Assembly (NCBI RefSeq): GCF_001194135.2
Contig: NC_068992.1
Span: 13,606,200 to 13,670,199, forward strand
DNA length: 64,000 nt
DNA from: Octopus bimaculoides
Lineage: Eukaryota
Direction of reading: 5' to 3'
The number at the start of each line of letters is the position of its first letter. The first letter of the stretch is position 1. Below the pieces are notes generated by a model. The model searched no databases and was not told the DNA's origin. It saw only the letters and a list, made by a program, of their open reading frames with translations. The position numbers were made by a program, and so were the translations under genes. Of the stretch, positions 12,485 to 23,897 are shown in pieces.

Positions 12485-13139
12485 TTTGTGTTTATTTAGA
12501 ACACTTTAGCAGGGTCCAGAGTTAGATTTCTAATAAAGATTTTCATATCAAAATTGTAGCTTACTAATGTAAGTATTTATTTTCAAAATATGAAAAATTA
12601 ACAAGTATAAGACGTTTTATGAACATTTATACTATATAATCCTCTATAAGATCAACTAACAATTTAAGATGGAGAAGAGATGTTAAATGTTTTATAAAAT
12701 CTTAATCCATGCATACGATCGTTTCAAATGGTAACACCAACATGTAAGAAACATGGAAAAAATTAAATTAAATTAATTTAATTACGTATTACCATTCTCC
12801 TCAGTGCAAAAGATGGAGAAAACATCAGGAAAGCTGGTAATAGAAGAATATTACAGGAAATCACATTGAGTCTGTGTCGCATAACTCAATCGGATAATCA
12901 TAAATTCATTAAGAAAGATGAAATATAAGAACATATTTAGGTAGTGTTGAGTCTAGTTGTGTAAGGAATAAAAGTGCTTTGGCTAACAGATATTTTGAAA
13001 TATAAGTAGGAAACATCTAAGAGACTTTCCCACGATATGAGTATAATTTATGTGGTGAAAAAATATTCCATAAAACGTGTTTATCATAAGGGATAATTAT
13101 ATTTTATTAAGATATATATACACGCATAAAATCTTATAC

Positions 13140-13148
13140 ACACAGCAT

Positions 13149-13221
<73 letters not shown>

Positions 13222-13600
13222 TATACATAATACACATACGCATATCCACGTATACATACACACATACATATATATACATATTTACATATATACAAAAAAC
13301 AAATATGCACACACGTATGTTATACACATAAATGCACGTAATCCTACATAAACGTGTATACAAATGCACGTATACACAAGTGCATAAATATATATATATA
13401 TACAAACACATACACATATCCCCGTATATATACACGCATACATACATATATATATAGATCTATACATATATACAAAAAACAAATATACACACATATTATA
13501 CACATAAATGCATACATACGTACATACATACATACATAGACACATGTGTGTGTGTGCGTGCATGTGTGTGTATTATATATACATACATGCGTATGTGTAT
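13140..13600. repeat. Degenerate AC/AT microsatellite block with an internal duplication
   Basis: tacatatatacaaaaaacaaatat(g/a)cacac..tatacacataaatgca occurs near 13283 and again near 13462. Confidence 0.8.
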
Positions 13601-16554
13601 TAATATTCAGTCAACCAACCAACCATTACATACATATATGTGTAGAAATGAAAAAGTAAATATTCTCTATGCTTGTTTGTTACAAGAATAACACGTCAGG
13701 AATCTACATCCATTTTGAAATCTCAGTCTGTTTTCCGCTTTGCACGTTGGTGAGCGTGACCCACAAACACAAACCCTCATACAAGCAATCACACATAAAT
13801 GCACTTACATATAATTGTGTGTTTCTCGTTTAGATACGTACGCGAGCGAATATGCATGGTTGCGTGTAATTACCCCTAAGGAACAAAATTGTCAGGTACA
13901 ACTAAATGGGCAAGAAAGGTATTCTCTATTGAAAACAAATGTGAACTTGTTTTATTATTCTACATAAAGCATGGAGAGTAAAGCGTTTCATTTCCTAACG
14001 CTCCAAACCCATTGACCATGAGCCAAACGAGCCGCTGAATGTGCTTCTATGTGGTTACTGAACCTTGTTAGCTTTAACAAACCAATCTCTCTAAATTTAC
14101 AGTGAAACATATTCTTTAAGCGACTGAGATAATGTTGTCTGTATTTACACTAAGCCCCAGAAAGAAAAACAAGCCTTGATCAAGGTTAGCCTATTTCGCA
14201 AAAGAATTCATCTGAATGATGACTGGTGGATAGATGACTAAAGGACAACAGCAAACATTCAAAGAGGATCGTTATTACAAGTTCATGGTAAATCATTCTG
14301 TATTAAAATAAACAATATTTAAAAGGAATATCAACAACCCTGGCATTTCAGTTGAGGAAAATATGAAACGACATTTTAGAACATCATTTATAACCCTAGG
14401 CTTTACAAGTAACCAGTATATTTGCAAAATCCTTTCAAAACTTTTCAGTTCTGCCATTCGAATATGCATTTCCTGAATTCCTACACTGCCCAATAGCGAT
14501 TTGGAGAAATTACACGGAGTGATCAAGGTTGTATTTAGAATTCATATTTGTACATAATCAAAACTTATGGTGTCTTCCAGTTTAGATCAGTTGCATTGCA
14601 GGCAAAGTTTTTGTGATCCGGAATGGTAACTTACCTAGAACTCAGCTAGAAAGTAATTGTGTTAACAATGCTTCTAGGTTAGTTGTCAGGGAGACGACGG
14701 ATGTTTAATGGACTACAATTCTGTCCGGGTCAAATAGCCTTCAGAATTGAATGACCCTCCAAAAATGGCTTTAATTGTTTTCTTCTTTTCATTAACATTC
14801 GGGTGCAAATGTACATTTTTAGAAATGGGAGGTTTTGCTTCCTCATTGTCTTTGTCATAATTGGCAGTTTAATGAAGGATTAACTATTCAGACTTACATA
14901 TTAATTGCTAACATTGTAGTCAATTGTAAACAATAATTAAACATTACTCGAATTTAGAGTTTATCGATCTTACAATTTCTTCATTGTTTGAGTTTTATAT
15001 TAATTTATCAGAGTTTATTCAAATTCTTTATCATCAATATTTTCTCGATAAACAATAAGAATGAATTGAGATTGGAGTTGAATTTCTTTCACAGCTGAAA
15101 ATGTGAAAATAATTGGCTTATTAGACTTTTATGGGATTTGTTTGTTTGCATTGTTTTGTTATTTCTAGCCATTCACGTAAAGTTGTTTTCCAAGAAAGCA
15201 TGAATACAGAAGGATCGAGATGTTTATCCTGTTGATATGAAATAAGAAATTCATTGCTTAGCAACATATAACACATCCCTTGAAATCGAAACCAGATGTT
15301 GAGTCTAGTATTTCAGAGAAATCTGCAATATAATTAGCTTCATCAACAACTATAACTGCAAAAACAAAATACACTAAATTACAGGACCGAACGAATGTAG
15401 CTGAAAGGTTTAACATCCCACTTACTTGATCTGATGCACAACACATTTCTTTTAAAAGTTTGGGTTGAGAGAATACAATACTGCATGGCTTTTTGTTTTT
15501 TCATTTACACTATGGAAAGTAAAATACGATACATATTGCTCTACAAGGGACAGGACGTCATGAATTTAGAATGTCATAAAAGCCAATAGAAAGCGCACAG
15601 GCGAGGTGCCTTGTGAAAGTTAGCCAGCGTTGATACAATTCGAAGACTGTGCTTGTTCTATTCAAAATAGCAAAGGAAGATTTTATTGTTTTACAAGTGA
15701 ATAGTTCAATACATCTCCAGTCACTTAGAAAATTTGTGGGATAAATTACCAGGTCCTTGCCAGCGAAAAGTTAGTCAAAAAGAAAATTCAAAGGACATAT
15801 GTTATGGCATTCAGTGACTGATTCAGCCTCACAAGAAAAAGTAAAACTGAGAAATCATCAGATATTGGAGGATGTTACATAAATGTATTAGTGTGATAAT
15901 ATTGTCAAAATTGTTTTGGCTTCCAGAGATGACAGACATACAGTTGGCTCGCCACAAAATGGCAACGGCTTGAGACACTTGGAACATATCACTGAGTCTG
16001 TGAGCTAAATAAACAAGTCAGATTCTTTCGAGCCAGCACGATGAAGCTTTTTGCCAACAAAATAAAAAGAAAGCAGGCATGAACTTCAAACTATGGATAT
16101 ATTTATATATGTGTATGTGCGTTCGTACGTGTGTGTCTGCGTGCGCGTGCGTGTGTATGTGTGTTTGTATGTGTATACGTATAAATAGCTAGGTACATGC
16201 AAATATGCGTGTGTACAAATATATGAGTGTCTTTTTTATGTTTATTGTTGATCTTTCTACCATTTAATTTGCATATTCAATTGTTTAAGAATTTATTCTG
16301 TTGCATATAATATTTGGGTCTATATGCCAAGATCTCAGTATTATCATTGAATGCATGAAACTGGGTATTACTATTCGGTTGATAACTGATGAAGAATTAG
16401 GGTCCTTCTGTATCTGTCCTACGCGTACGTTTTTTAGCCATCGTTGTTTATGTAATGCATTTTTCATTTATTGACTAACTAAACACCACGCATTCCGACT
16501 TTTGTTAACAGTAAGACAGTACGTGTGTACACACACACACACACACGCACACAT

Positions 16555-16587
<33 letters not shown>

Positions 16588-17360
16588 CAAATGTGTGTGT
16601 ACATATATATATTTATATATATATANNNNNNNNNNNNNNNNNNNNNNNNNNNNNNNNNNNNNNNNNNNNNNNNNNNNNNNNNNNNNNNNNNNNNNNNNNN
16701 NNNNNNNNNNNNNNNNNNNNNNNNNNNNNNNNNNNNNNNNNNNNNNNNNNNNNNNNNNNNNNNNNNNNNNNNNNNNNNNNNNNNNNNNNNNNNNNNNNNN
16801 NNNNNNNNNNNNNNNNNNNNNNNNNNNNNNNNNNNNNNNNNNNNNNNNNNNNNNNNNNNNNNNNNNNNNNNNNNNNNNNNNNNNNNNNNNNNNNNNNNNN
16901 NNNNNNNNNNNNNNNNNNNNNNNNNNNNNNNNNNNNNNNNNNNNNNNNNNNNNNNNNNNNNNNNNNNNNNNNNNNNNNNNNNNNNNNNNNNNNNNNNNNN
17001 NNNNNNNNNNNNNNNNNNNNNNNNNNNNNNNNNNNNNNNNNNNNNNNNNNNNNNNNNNNNNNNNNNNNNNNNNNNNNNNNNNNNNNNNNNNNNNNNNNNN
17101 NNNNNNNNNNNNNNNNNNNNNNNNNNNNNNNNNNNNNNNNNNNNNNNNNNNNNNNNNNNNNNNNNNNNNNNNNNNNNNNNNNNNNNNNNNNNNNNNNNNN
17201 NNNNNNNNNNNNNNNNNNNNNNNNNNNNNNNNNNNNNNNNNNNNNNNNNNNNNNNNNNNNNNNNNNNNNNNNNNNNNNNNNNNNNNNNNNNNNNNNNNNN
17301 NNNNNNNNNNNNNNNNNNNNNNNNNNNNNNNNNNTATATATATATATATATATATACATA

Positions 17361-17512
17361 TATACGACGGGCTTCTTTCAGTTTCCGTCTAACAAATCCA
17401 CTCACAAGGCTTTGGCCCGACGTTATAGTAGAAGACATTTGCCCAAGGTGCCACGCAAGTGGGATTGAACCCGAACCATATGCTTCGTAAGCAAGCTACT
17501 TACCACACATCC
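17361..17512 (-). mobile_element. SINE family B 5' half, abutting a gap
   Basis: atatacgacgggcttctttcagtttccgtctaacaaatccactcacaaggc..cccaaggtgccacgc..gctacttaccacac. Confidence 0.9.
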
Positions 17513-17530
17513 ACATACATACGTACACAA

Positions 17531-17870
17531 GTCTACTGGTCGAATATGATCTCGGTTAGTGAACTACACAAGACGGATAACGTGAAACCATTAAGAGAAA
17601 CTATTGAAGCAAGGAGATGGGTCTAGATGGTCGCTATAAACCGAACTCAATTTATCAGGATCACTTTGCAATGGTTTCCATAAGGTAAAAGAGGACGTGG
17701 CCAACGAAAGGAAACTTGTTGGAGAACAATAACAAAAGATCTTAAAAGCAGAGGGTTAACAATGGAACAAGATGTGAAGGACGCTTTCGGTGTTAGAAAT
17801 TGGAATGATCTTGCTGGCACCTCATATGCCACAAAGTACAATGAAAGACGAATGAATGAATCAATGAATG
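17531..17870 (+). mobile_element. RTE-clade LINE, 5'-truncated 3' end relic with (ATGA)n tail
   Basis: Translation with disablements: VYWSNMISVSELHKTDNVKPLRETIEARRW..ITLQWFP*GKRGRGQRKETCWRTITKDLKSRGLTMEQ. This matches the RTE C-terminal pattern (RRWRWIGH..W.P.GKR.RGRP..TWRRT..EL). A short tandem-repeat tail follows. Confidence 0.85.
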
Positions 17871-18082
17871 TACATATGAATGTATGTATATGTATGTATA
17901 TGTATGTATATGTATGCATGTATGTATGTATTTATACGTATATATATATATGTATATATGCGTACATGTTTCACGTCAAAACTGACGTAATGTTTTATCT
18001 GAACGTGTATCATTCAATTTCAATAATTATTTTTATTAATATTAATTATATCCTCATCGGAACATGAACATATACGCATATA

Positions 18083-18466
18083 TAATTCACTGTCACTAAT
18101 AGTGGTAGAGTTCAGTGAGCAACAGTATTGCTAGAAATAAGAGTTGTAGACACCTCAACCACAAAAACCACATCATCTCTTTGTATTGACAAAAGTAGCA
18201 TGCTAATCGGATACATTTCGTTCACGGTGGAGCGGGTCTCCTCCTCTGTCAATACAAAGAGACTATGTATATTTTGTGGCTAAGGAGTATACGACTTCTG
18301 TTTCTAGCAATGCTGGTGCCTAATGCCTCCTTGTCACACTTAGTGACGGTAAATTATCCTTTTTGTTGGTTTTAAATTACTCCTAGCCGCCTTGATTATT
18401 TTATATATACGTGTGTGTGTTTGTGTGTGTGTCTGTGTGTATATACGCACACATACACACACACAA

Positions 18467-18548
<82 letters not shown>

Positions 18549-19063
18549 NNNNNNNNNNCATGTTGGACGGTATATACGCTTACGCAGACACTCACACATT
18601 ATACTGATACATGAGGAATATTTTGTAAACACATTATTCTTCAAAGAATGTTTGACTGCTTATGTTTTTGTTATGCAATTTACAAATGTTAATTGCTTTC
18701 TCAAATACGAATTACATGAAATAATGTTAGATCTATTAAATGTTTATCACCGCAATTGGAAATGCTGTACAAACTAAAGCTTCGTTAAATAGCTTAATTG
18801 TAGTTCTAATGACATCATCATTTCATTGCATTTGTACAGAGCTGCTGTTTAATATATGCTTACTTTAATTCAACTAAAACTTTTCGAATGCATGATGTGG
18901 AAAGACGAATTATATGCAAAGGAATGTGTATACACAGACAAAAAAGAGCATTCATATAAAAAATCACACACATACCCACTTACACACTCATAACCCAAAA
19001 TATGTACGTCTGTGTGCGTGTATGTATGTATATGTAAGTATATACATATAGATAGATAGATAA

Positions 19064-19098
<35 letters not shown>

Positions 19099-19244
19099 CA
19101 TACATACATACATACATACATTATGCTTAATGTTGTCAATACAAAGAGATCATGTGCTTTTTGTTGTTTAAGGTGTCTACATCTCTTATTTCTAGCAATG
19201 CTGGTGCTCACTGCACTCTTATCTCTCTTAGTGGTGACGGTGAA

Positions 19245-19247
<3 letters not shown>
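18083..19247. mobile_element. Foldback/MITE-like inverted repeat with one left arm and two right arms
   Basis: Left arm 18083-18191 is reverse-complementary to both 18247-18356 and 19134-19247. No transposase ORF. Confidence 0.8.
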
Positions 19248-19306
<59 letters not shown>

Positions 19307-19529
19307 GTAAAAATATGTGACACTTATTCAGTAGCCATGATAAAACTCCGAGTTTCGGATGCCAGGGTGGGAGCCCACGCCAACATCTCTTCAGTTATCC
19401 GGCCAATTGAAAATGCCTGTGAAAAATGACCGTTAAAAATAAAGGGGAATTACTGTGTAGTGACAAGGTCAAAACGCGTCTAAAACTGCGTATATTATCG
19501 CATGCACGAATATATCCTTATACTTTTAT

Positions 19530-19932
19530 TCTTTTAATTATTTCAGTCATTAAACTGCAGCCATGCTGGAACAACACCTTGAAAGTTTTAGTCGAACAAA
19601 TCGACCTCAGGAGTTATATTCTTTAAGCCGAGTACTTATCCTATCGGTCTCTTACCCCGAACCATTAGGTTACGGGAATAAACACACCAACACCGGTTGT
19701 CAAACAGTGATGGGGGACATGGACACAAACACATACGCACACATAAACATACACACACACGCACATATACGTAAAGTGTGTGTATGAGTGTGTGTGTATA
19801 CGGTGGACTTCTTTTAGTCTACGTCTATCATATACACACACACGAGGTTTTAGTCGGTCCAAGAGTATAGTAATAGTGACACGCCAAAGGTGCAAAGTAG
19901 TGAGGTCGAACCCGGGACAATGTGGTTGCGAT
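19530..19932 (-). mobile_element. SINE family B copy with an expanded internal CA/GT tract
   Basis: tttcagtcattaaactgcagccatgctgg..gtcgaacaaatcgacc..cggttgtcaaacagtgatgggggac..cgaacccgggacaatgtggttg. Confidence 0.85.
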
Positions 19933-20075
19933 ACCAGATATATACAAACGCATATAGGTATATGGATATGTATATATTTACATGCATTTATAAATATCTC
20001 TACATACATGTATCTATAGTGATAGAGAGNNNNNNNNNNTGTGTGTATATTCATATGCATGTATGTACTCATGCT

Positions 20076-20106
<31 letters not shown>

Positions 20107-20398
20107 ACAGGTAGGTAAATGTACATAGATAAATACATTTCTAAAATACATTGACATAGTCTTATATAGAAACCTTTGAATTATTTATTCTTATCACATT
20201 TTTCAAATCTCTATTTGTCTATCGTACTAATATAGTGGAATGACACACAGAAAGATTTATATTTCTCTTAAAATTCTAGTGCATCACTTTCTATTTTCTT
20301 ATTTACAGTTTCTAAACATTACATGGTGTGTACATTTCCAACACCGAGCATCCAAGCATTGTATCTCATAACTTACAAAAGATATAATATATATATGC

Positions 20399-20460
<62 letters not shown>

Positions 20461-21407
20461 NNNNNNNNNNNNNNNNNNNNNNNNNNNNNNNNNNNNNNNN
20501 NNNNNNNNNNNNNNNNNNNNNNNNNNNNNNNNNNNNNNNNNNNNNNNNNNNNNNNNNNNNNNNNNNNNNNNNNNNNNNNNNNNNNNNNNNNNNNNNNNNN
20601 NNNNNNNNNNNNNNNNNNNNNNNNNNNNNNNNNNNNNNNNNNNNNNNNNNNNNNNNNNNNNNNNNNNNNNNNNNNNNNNNNNNNNNNNNNNNNNNNNNNN
20701 NNNNNNNNNNNNNNNNNNNNNNNNNNNNNNNNNNNNNNNNNNNNNNNNNNNNNNNNNNNNNNNNNNNNNNNNNNNNNNNNNNNNNNNNNNNNNNNNNNNN
20801 NNNNNNNNNNNNNNNNNNNNNNNNNNNNNNNNNNNNNNNNNNNNNNNNNNNNNNNNNNNNNNNNNNNNNNNNNNNNNNNNNNNNNNNNNNNNNNNNNNNN
20901 NNNNNNNNNNNNNNNNNNNNNNNNNNNNNNNNNNNNNNNNNNNNNNNNNNNNNNNNNNNNNNNNNNNNNNNNNNNNNNNNNNNNNNNNNNNNNNNNNNNN
21001 NNNNNNNNNNNNNNNNNNNNNNNNNNNNNNNNNNNNNNNNNNNNNNNNNNNNNNNNNNNNNNNNNNNNNNNNNNNNNNNNNNNNNNNNNNNNNNNNNNNN
21101 NNNNNNNNNNNNNNNNNNNNNNNNNNNNNNNNNNNNNNNNNNNNNNNNNNNNNNNNNNNNNNNNNNNNNNNNNNNNNNNNNNNNNNNNNNNNNNNNNNNN
21201 NNNNNNNNNNNNNNNNNNNNNNNNNNNNNNNNNNNNNNNNNNNNNNNNNNNNNNNNNNNNNNNNNNNNNNNNNNNNNNNNNNNNNNNNNNNNNNNNNNNN
21301 NNNNNNNNNNNNNNNNNNNNNNNNNNNNNNNNNNNNNNNNNNNNNNNNNNNNNNNNNNNNNNNNNNNNNNNNNNNNNNNNNNNNNNNNNNNNNNNNNNNN
21401 NNNNNNN

Positions 21408-21442
<35 letters not shown>

Positions 21443-22169
21443 GTGTGTTTGCATGTGCACTGTATTACAATTTGTTCGCGAATAACCAAGTGGTTTTAAT
21501 AAGAAAACTTGTCACTATATAGGTTTGGAATGCTGTATTAAGAAGACAACAAATGAGCCTACAGCATCTATATTACCTCATTGCACAATGTTTGCCAAAA
21601 TTTCTTGTGAATGGAGCGAAGATAGTGAGGAACATATTTAATGTGGTATAAAGAAATAGCAAAAAAATTGCTGACTGTTATGTTATGTTTTTCGTCCAAC
21701 AACAATTGCAGTTCCTGTATCCACGCTTTCCTGTTTCTACAGTTTCTTTAAGAAAACTTTCTTGAGATTATAATGATAACACCTGAATATCTCATTAAAT
21801 GCCTCATGTTGAAAAATGTATACATTATTATGCACAAATACTTGGACAAGACTCCACACACACACACATATCTGCTATGCAAACATATGACTGTGCACAA
21901 ATATGTATCTACATGTATAAATAAATAAATAAATATATATATATAGAGATATATATATATATATATCGCTAGATAGATATAGATATAGATATAGATAGAT
22001 ACCTCTATAAACATATATATAAATGCATACATATTTATACACACATATATATATATGTATATCTATTTATATTTGTATGTATATATATATATATATGTTT
22101 ATATATGTGTGTATATATGTATGATTATGTATTCATGTGTGTGTATGCATGTACATATGTATATATGTA

Positions 22170-22230
<61 letters not shown>

Positions 22231-23335
22231 TCAAATGTATCTCGTTTTCTGCCTTCCCTTACATATGTAATGAAAATTTACTTATGTATTTTAAAGCAGG
22301 TTGAAGATGCGTAAGTCGCCGCCGTTACTTGCACACACATACAAACCCACACCACCATACCCTCGCACACACGCACAACATATGTGAATGCGCCTATGCA
22401 TTTGTAGAGTAATCTTTCCTTATACAAGTGTCATATATTTATAAATTTTTAAACTGGTCGAAGCGTTTACTTATGCCTTACGCATTCACAGCACTCTCTC
22501 GTTCTCCTCTCTCCCTCTGTCTCTATTTCTCTCTCATTCTCTAAACACACACACGCGCGCGCGTGCATTCATATATGTTACGTTTATGTACATGCTATTT
22601 CATACAGGATTATTATTTATATGTATTTCCAATAATTTATGTCGTAAGTTGATAGTGATTTTAATAAAATGACAGTATGTCGAATGTCATGGAGAACGCC
22701 TCACTAGCTGCCAAATACGTTATTATTTGTTATAAAGCTGTAACAAGTATGGCGACTGACTTCCAGAGCACAATATTACTTTACAATCCTTGTCAATTTT
22801 GATGCATTTCCTGTGTTTAAGTATAAGCGCAACTTCAGTAACCTCTCGAATGAAGAGTTTCCAGTTCATATCAAGTTGCAAGCATGACAACGTGAAGAAG
22901 ACACGACAGGCATTAGGCTCAATATCCTTGGAAGTTTTGTAAATTAAAATCAACAATCTTAACAAGTGATTGTGTATCTAGCGACAAAATACAAATATGC
23001 AATACGAATATTAGTTAAGATGATACCACGTTTGACTATGAAGGACGTATATAATCTAATACAAGTCAGTTTAATAGCGCTTCCCTTCTACTGCATCGGC
23101 AAAATAATCCTTAGTCTTGCATTTAACTATTATATAAGTTTATCAAAATTTACTTTCAAATTCGATAAATATCGAATCTAATGAGCATTCTTTCTTTACT
23201 ATAAGTTCTTAGGAGAATGGAAACTCGACGTAGAAATCTTAGTATGGCAGAATAGATGATCTAATCCAATCGATAATAACATTTATGATGTTTCACATAG
23301 ATAGACTTACCACATCTCACATAGGGATTGTATAA

Positions 23336-23366
23336 TATAGGGTTGGCAAAAACTCCGTTCGGTTTT
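23336..23366 (+). mobile_element. Possible solitary mariner-type terminal inverted repeat
   Basis: tatagggttggcaaaaactccgttcggtttt resembles recalled mariner TIRs (TA-TTGGGTTGGCCAAAAAGTTCGTTCGG). No partner TIR was found. Confidence 0.3.
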
Positions 23367-23424
23367 AGTGTACTCTAAACTTCAAGCACTTTAATAAGTA
23401 GCCAACTTCAGTCTGCCCCCTGCG

Positions 23425-23897
23425 CAAGTGCACTGGTTAGATACAAGATAAGAGTGCATCGTAATTCGACTTGAATTTTCGACCAAGAGGTTAATTTTGT
23501 GTGCTGGCGATCTTTCAGAAACTGGGGAATTTCAGGAACATTATCAGCGTGAAGGTCATGGAAATCTGAAGAGAGGTATTGGCTCTGTACGGAGTGGATA
23601 CCGTTTCCTCACGTGTGTGCCAGGGGTATTTTCAGTATGTTTCGCTGTATGTATGTATGTATGTAGGTGTGCATGATTGTATGTGTGTGTTTGCGTGCGT
23701 ACATGCGTGTGCGTTGCTTCTGTCCGCCGCCACGGCTATATAAGCAGTGTTTGTTTACGTCTCGTAATTTACCAGTTCGACAAAGTTGATCGATACAATA
23801 AGTACCGCGTTTAAAAGAATAAGTGCAGGAGTCAATTTATTCGACAAACCCTTCAACAAGGTTGTCCAGTGTGGCCGCAGTCCACTGACTGGAACAT
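23425..23897 (+). mobile_element. Diverged family-B-related SINE
   Basis: Degenerate tRNA-like head (gcactggttagatac..gtaattcgacttg), a central (TGTA)/(TG) tract and a recognisable B tail (gatcgatacaataagtacc..tccagtgtggccgcagtccactgactggaac). Confidence 0.6.

Noticed and set aside
22940-22980. Minus-strand LVKIVDFN resembling a kinase DFG motif (also GGNLFTYF at about 33860)
   Set aside because: The Gly is missing, stops follow closely, and no other kinase subdomains were found.
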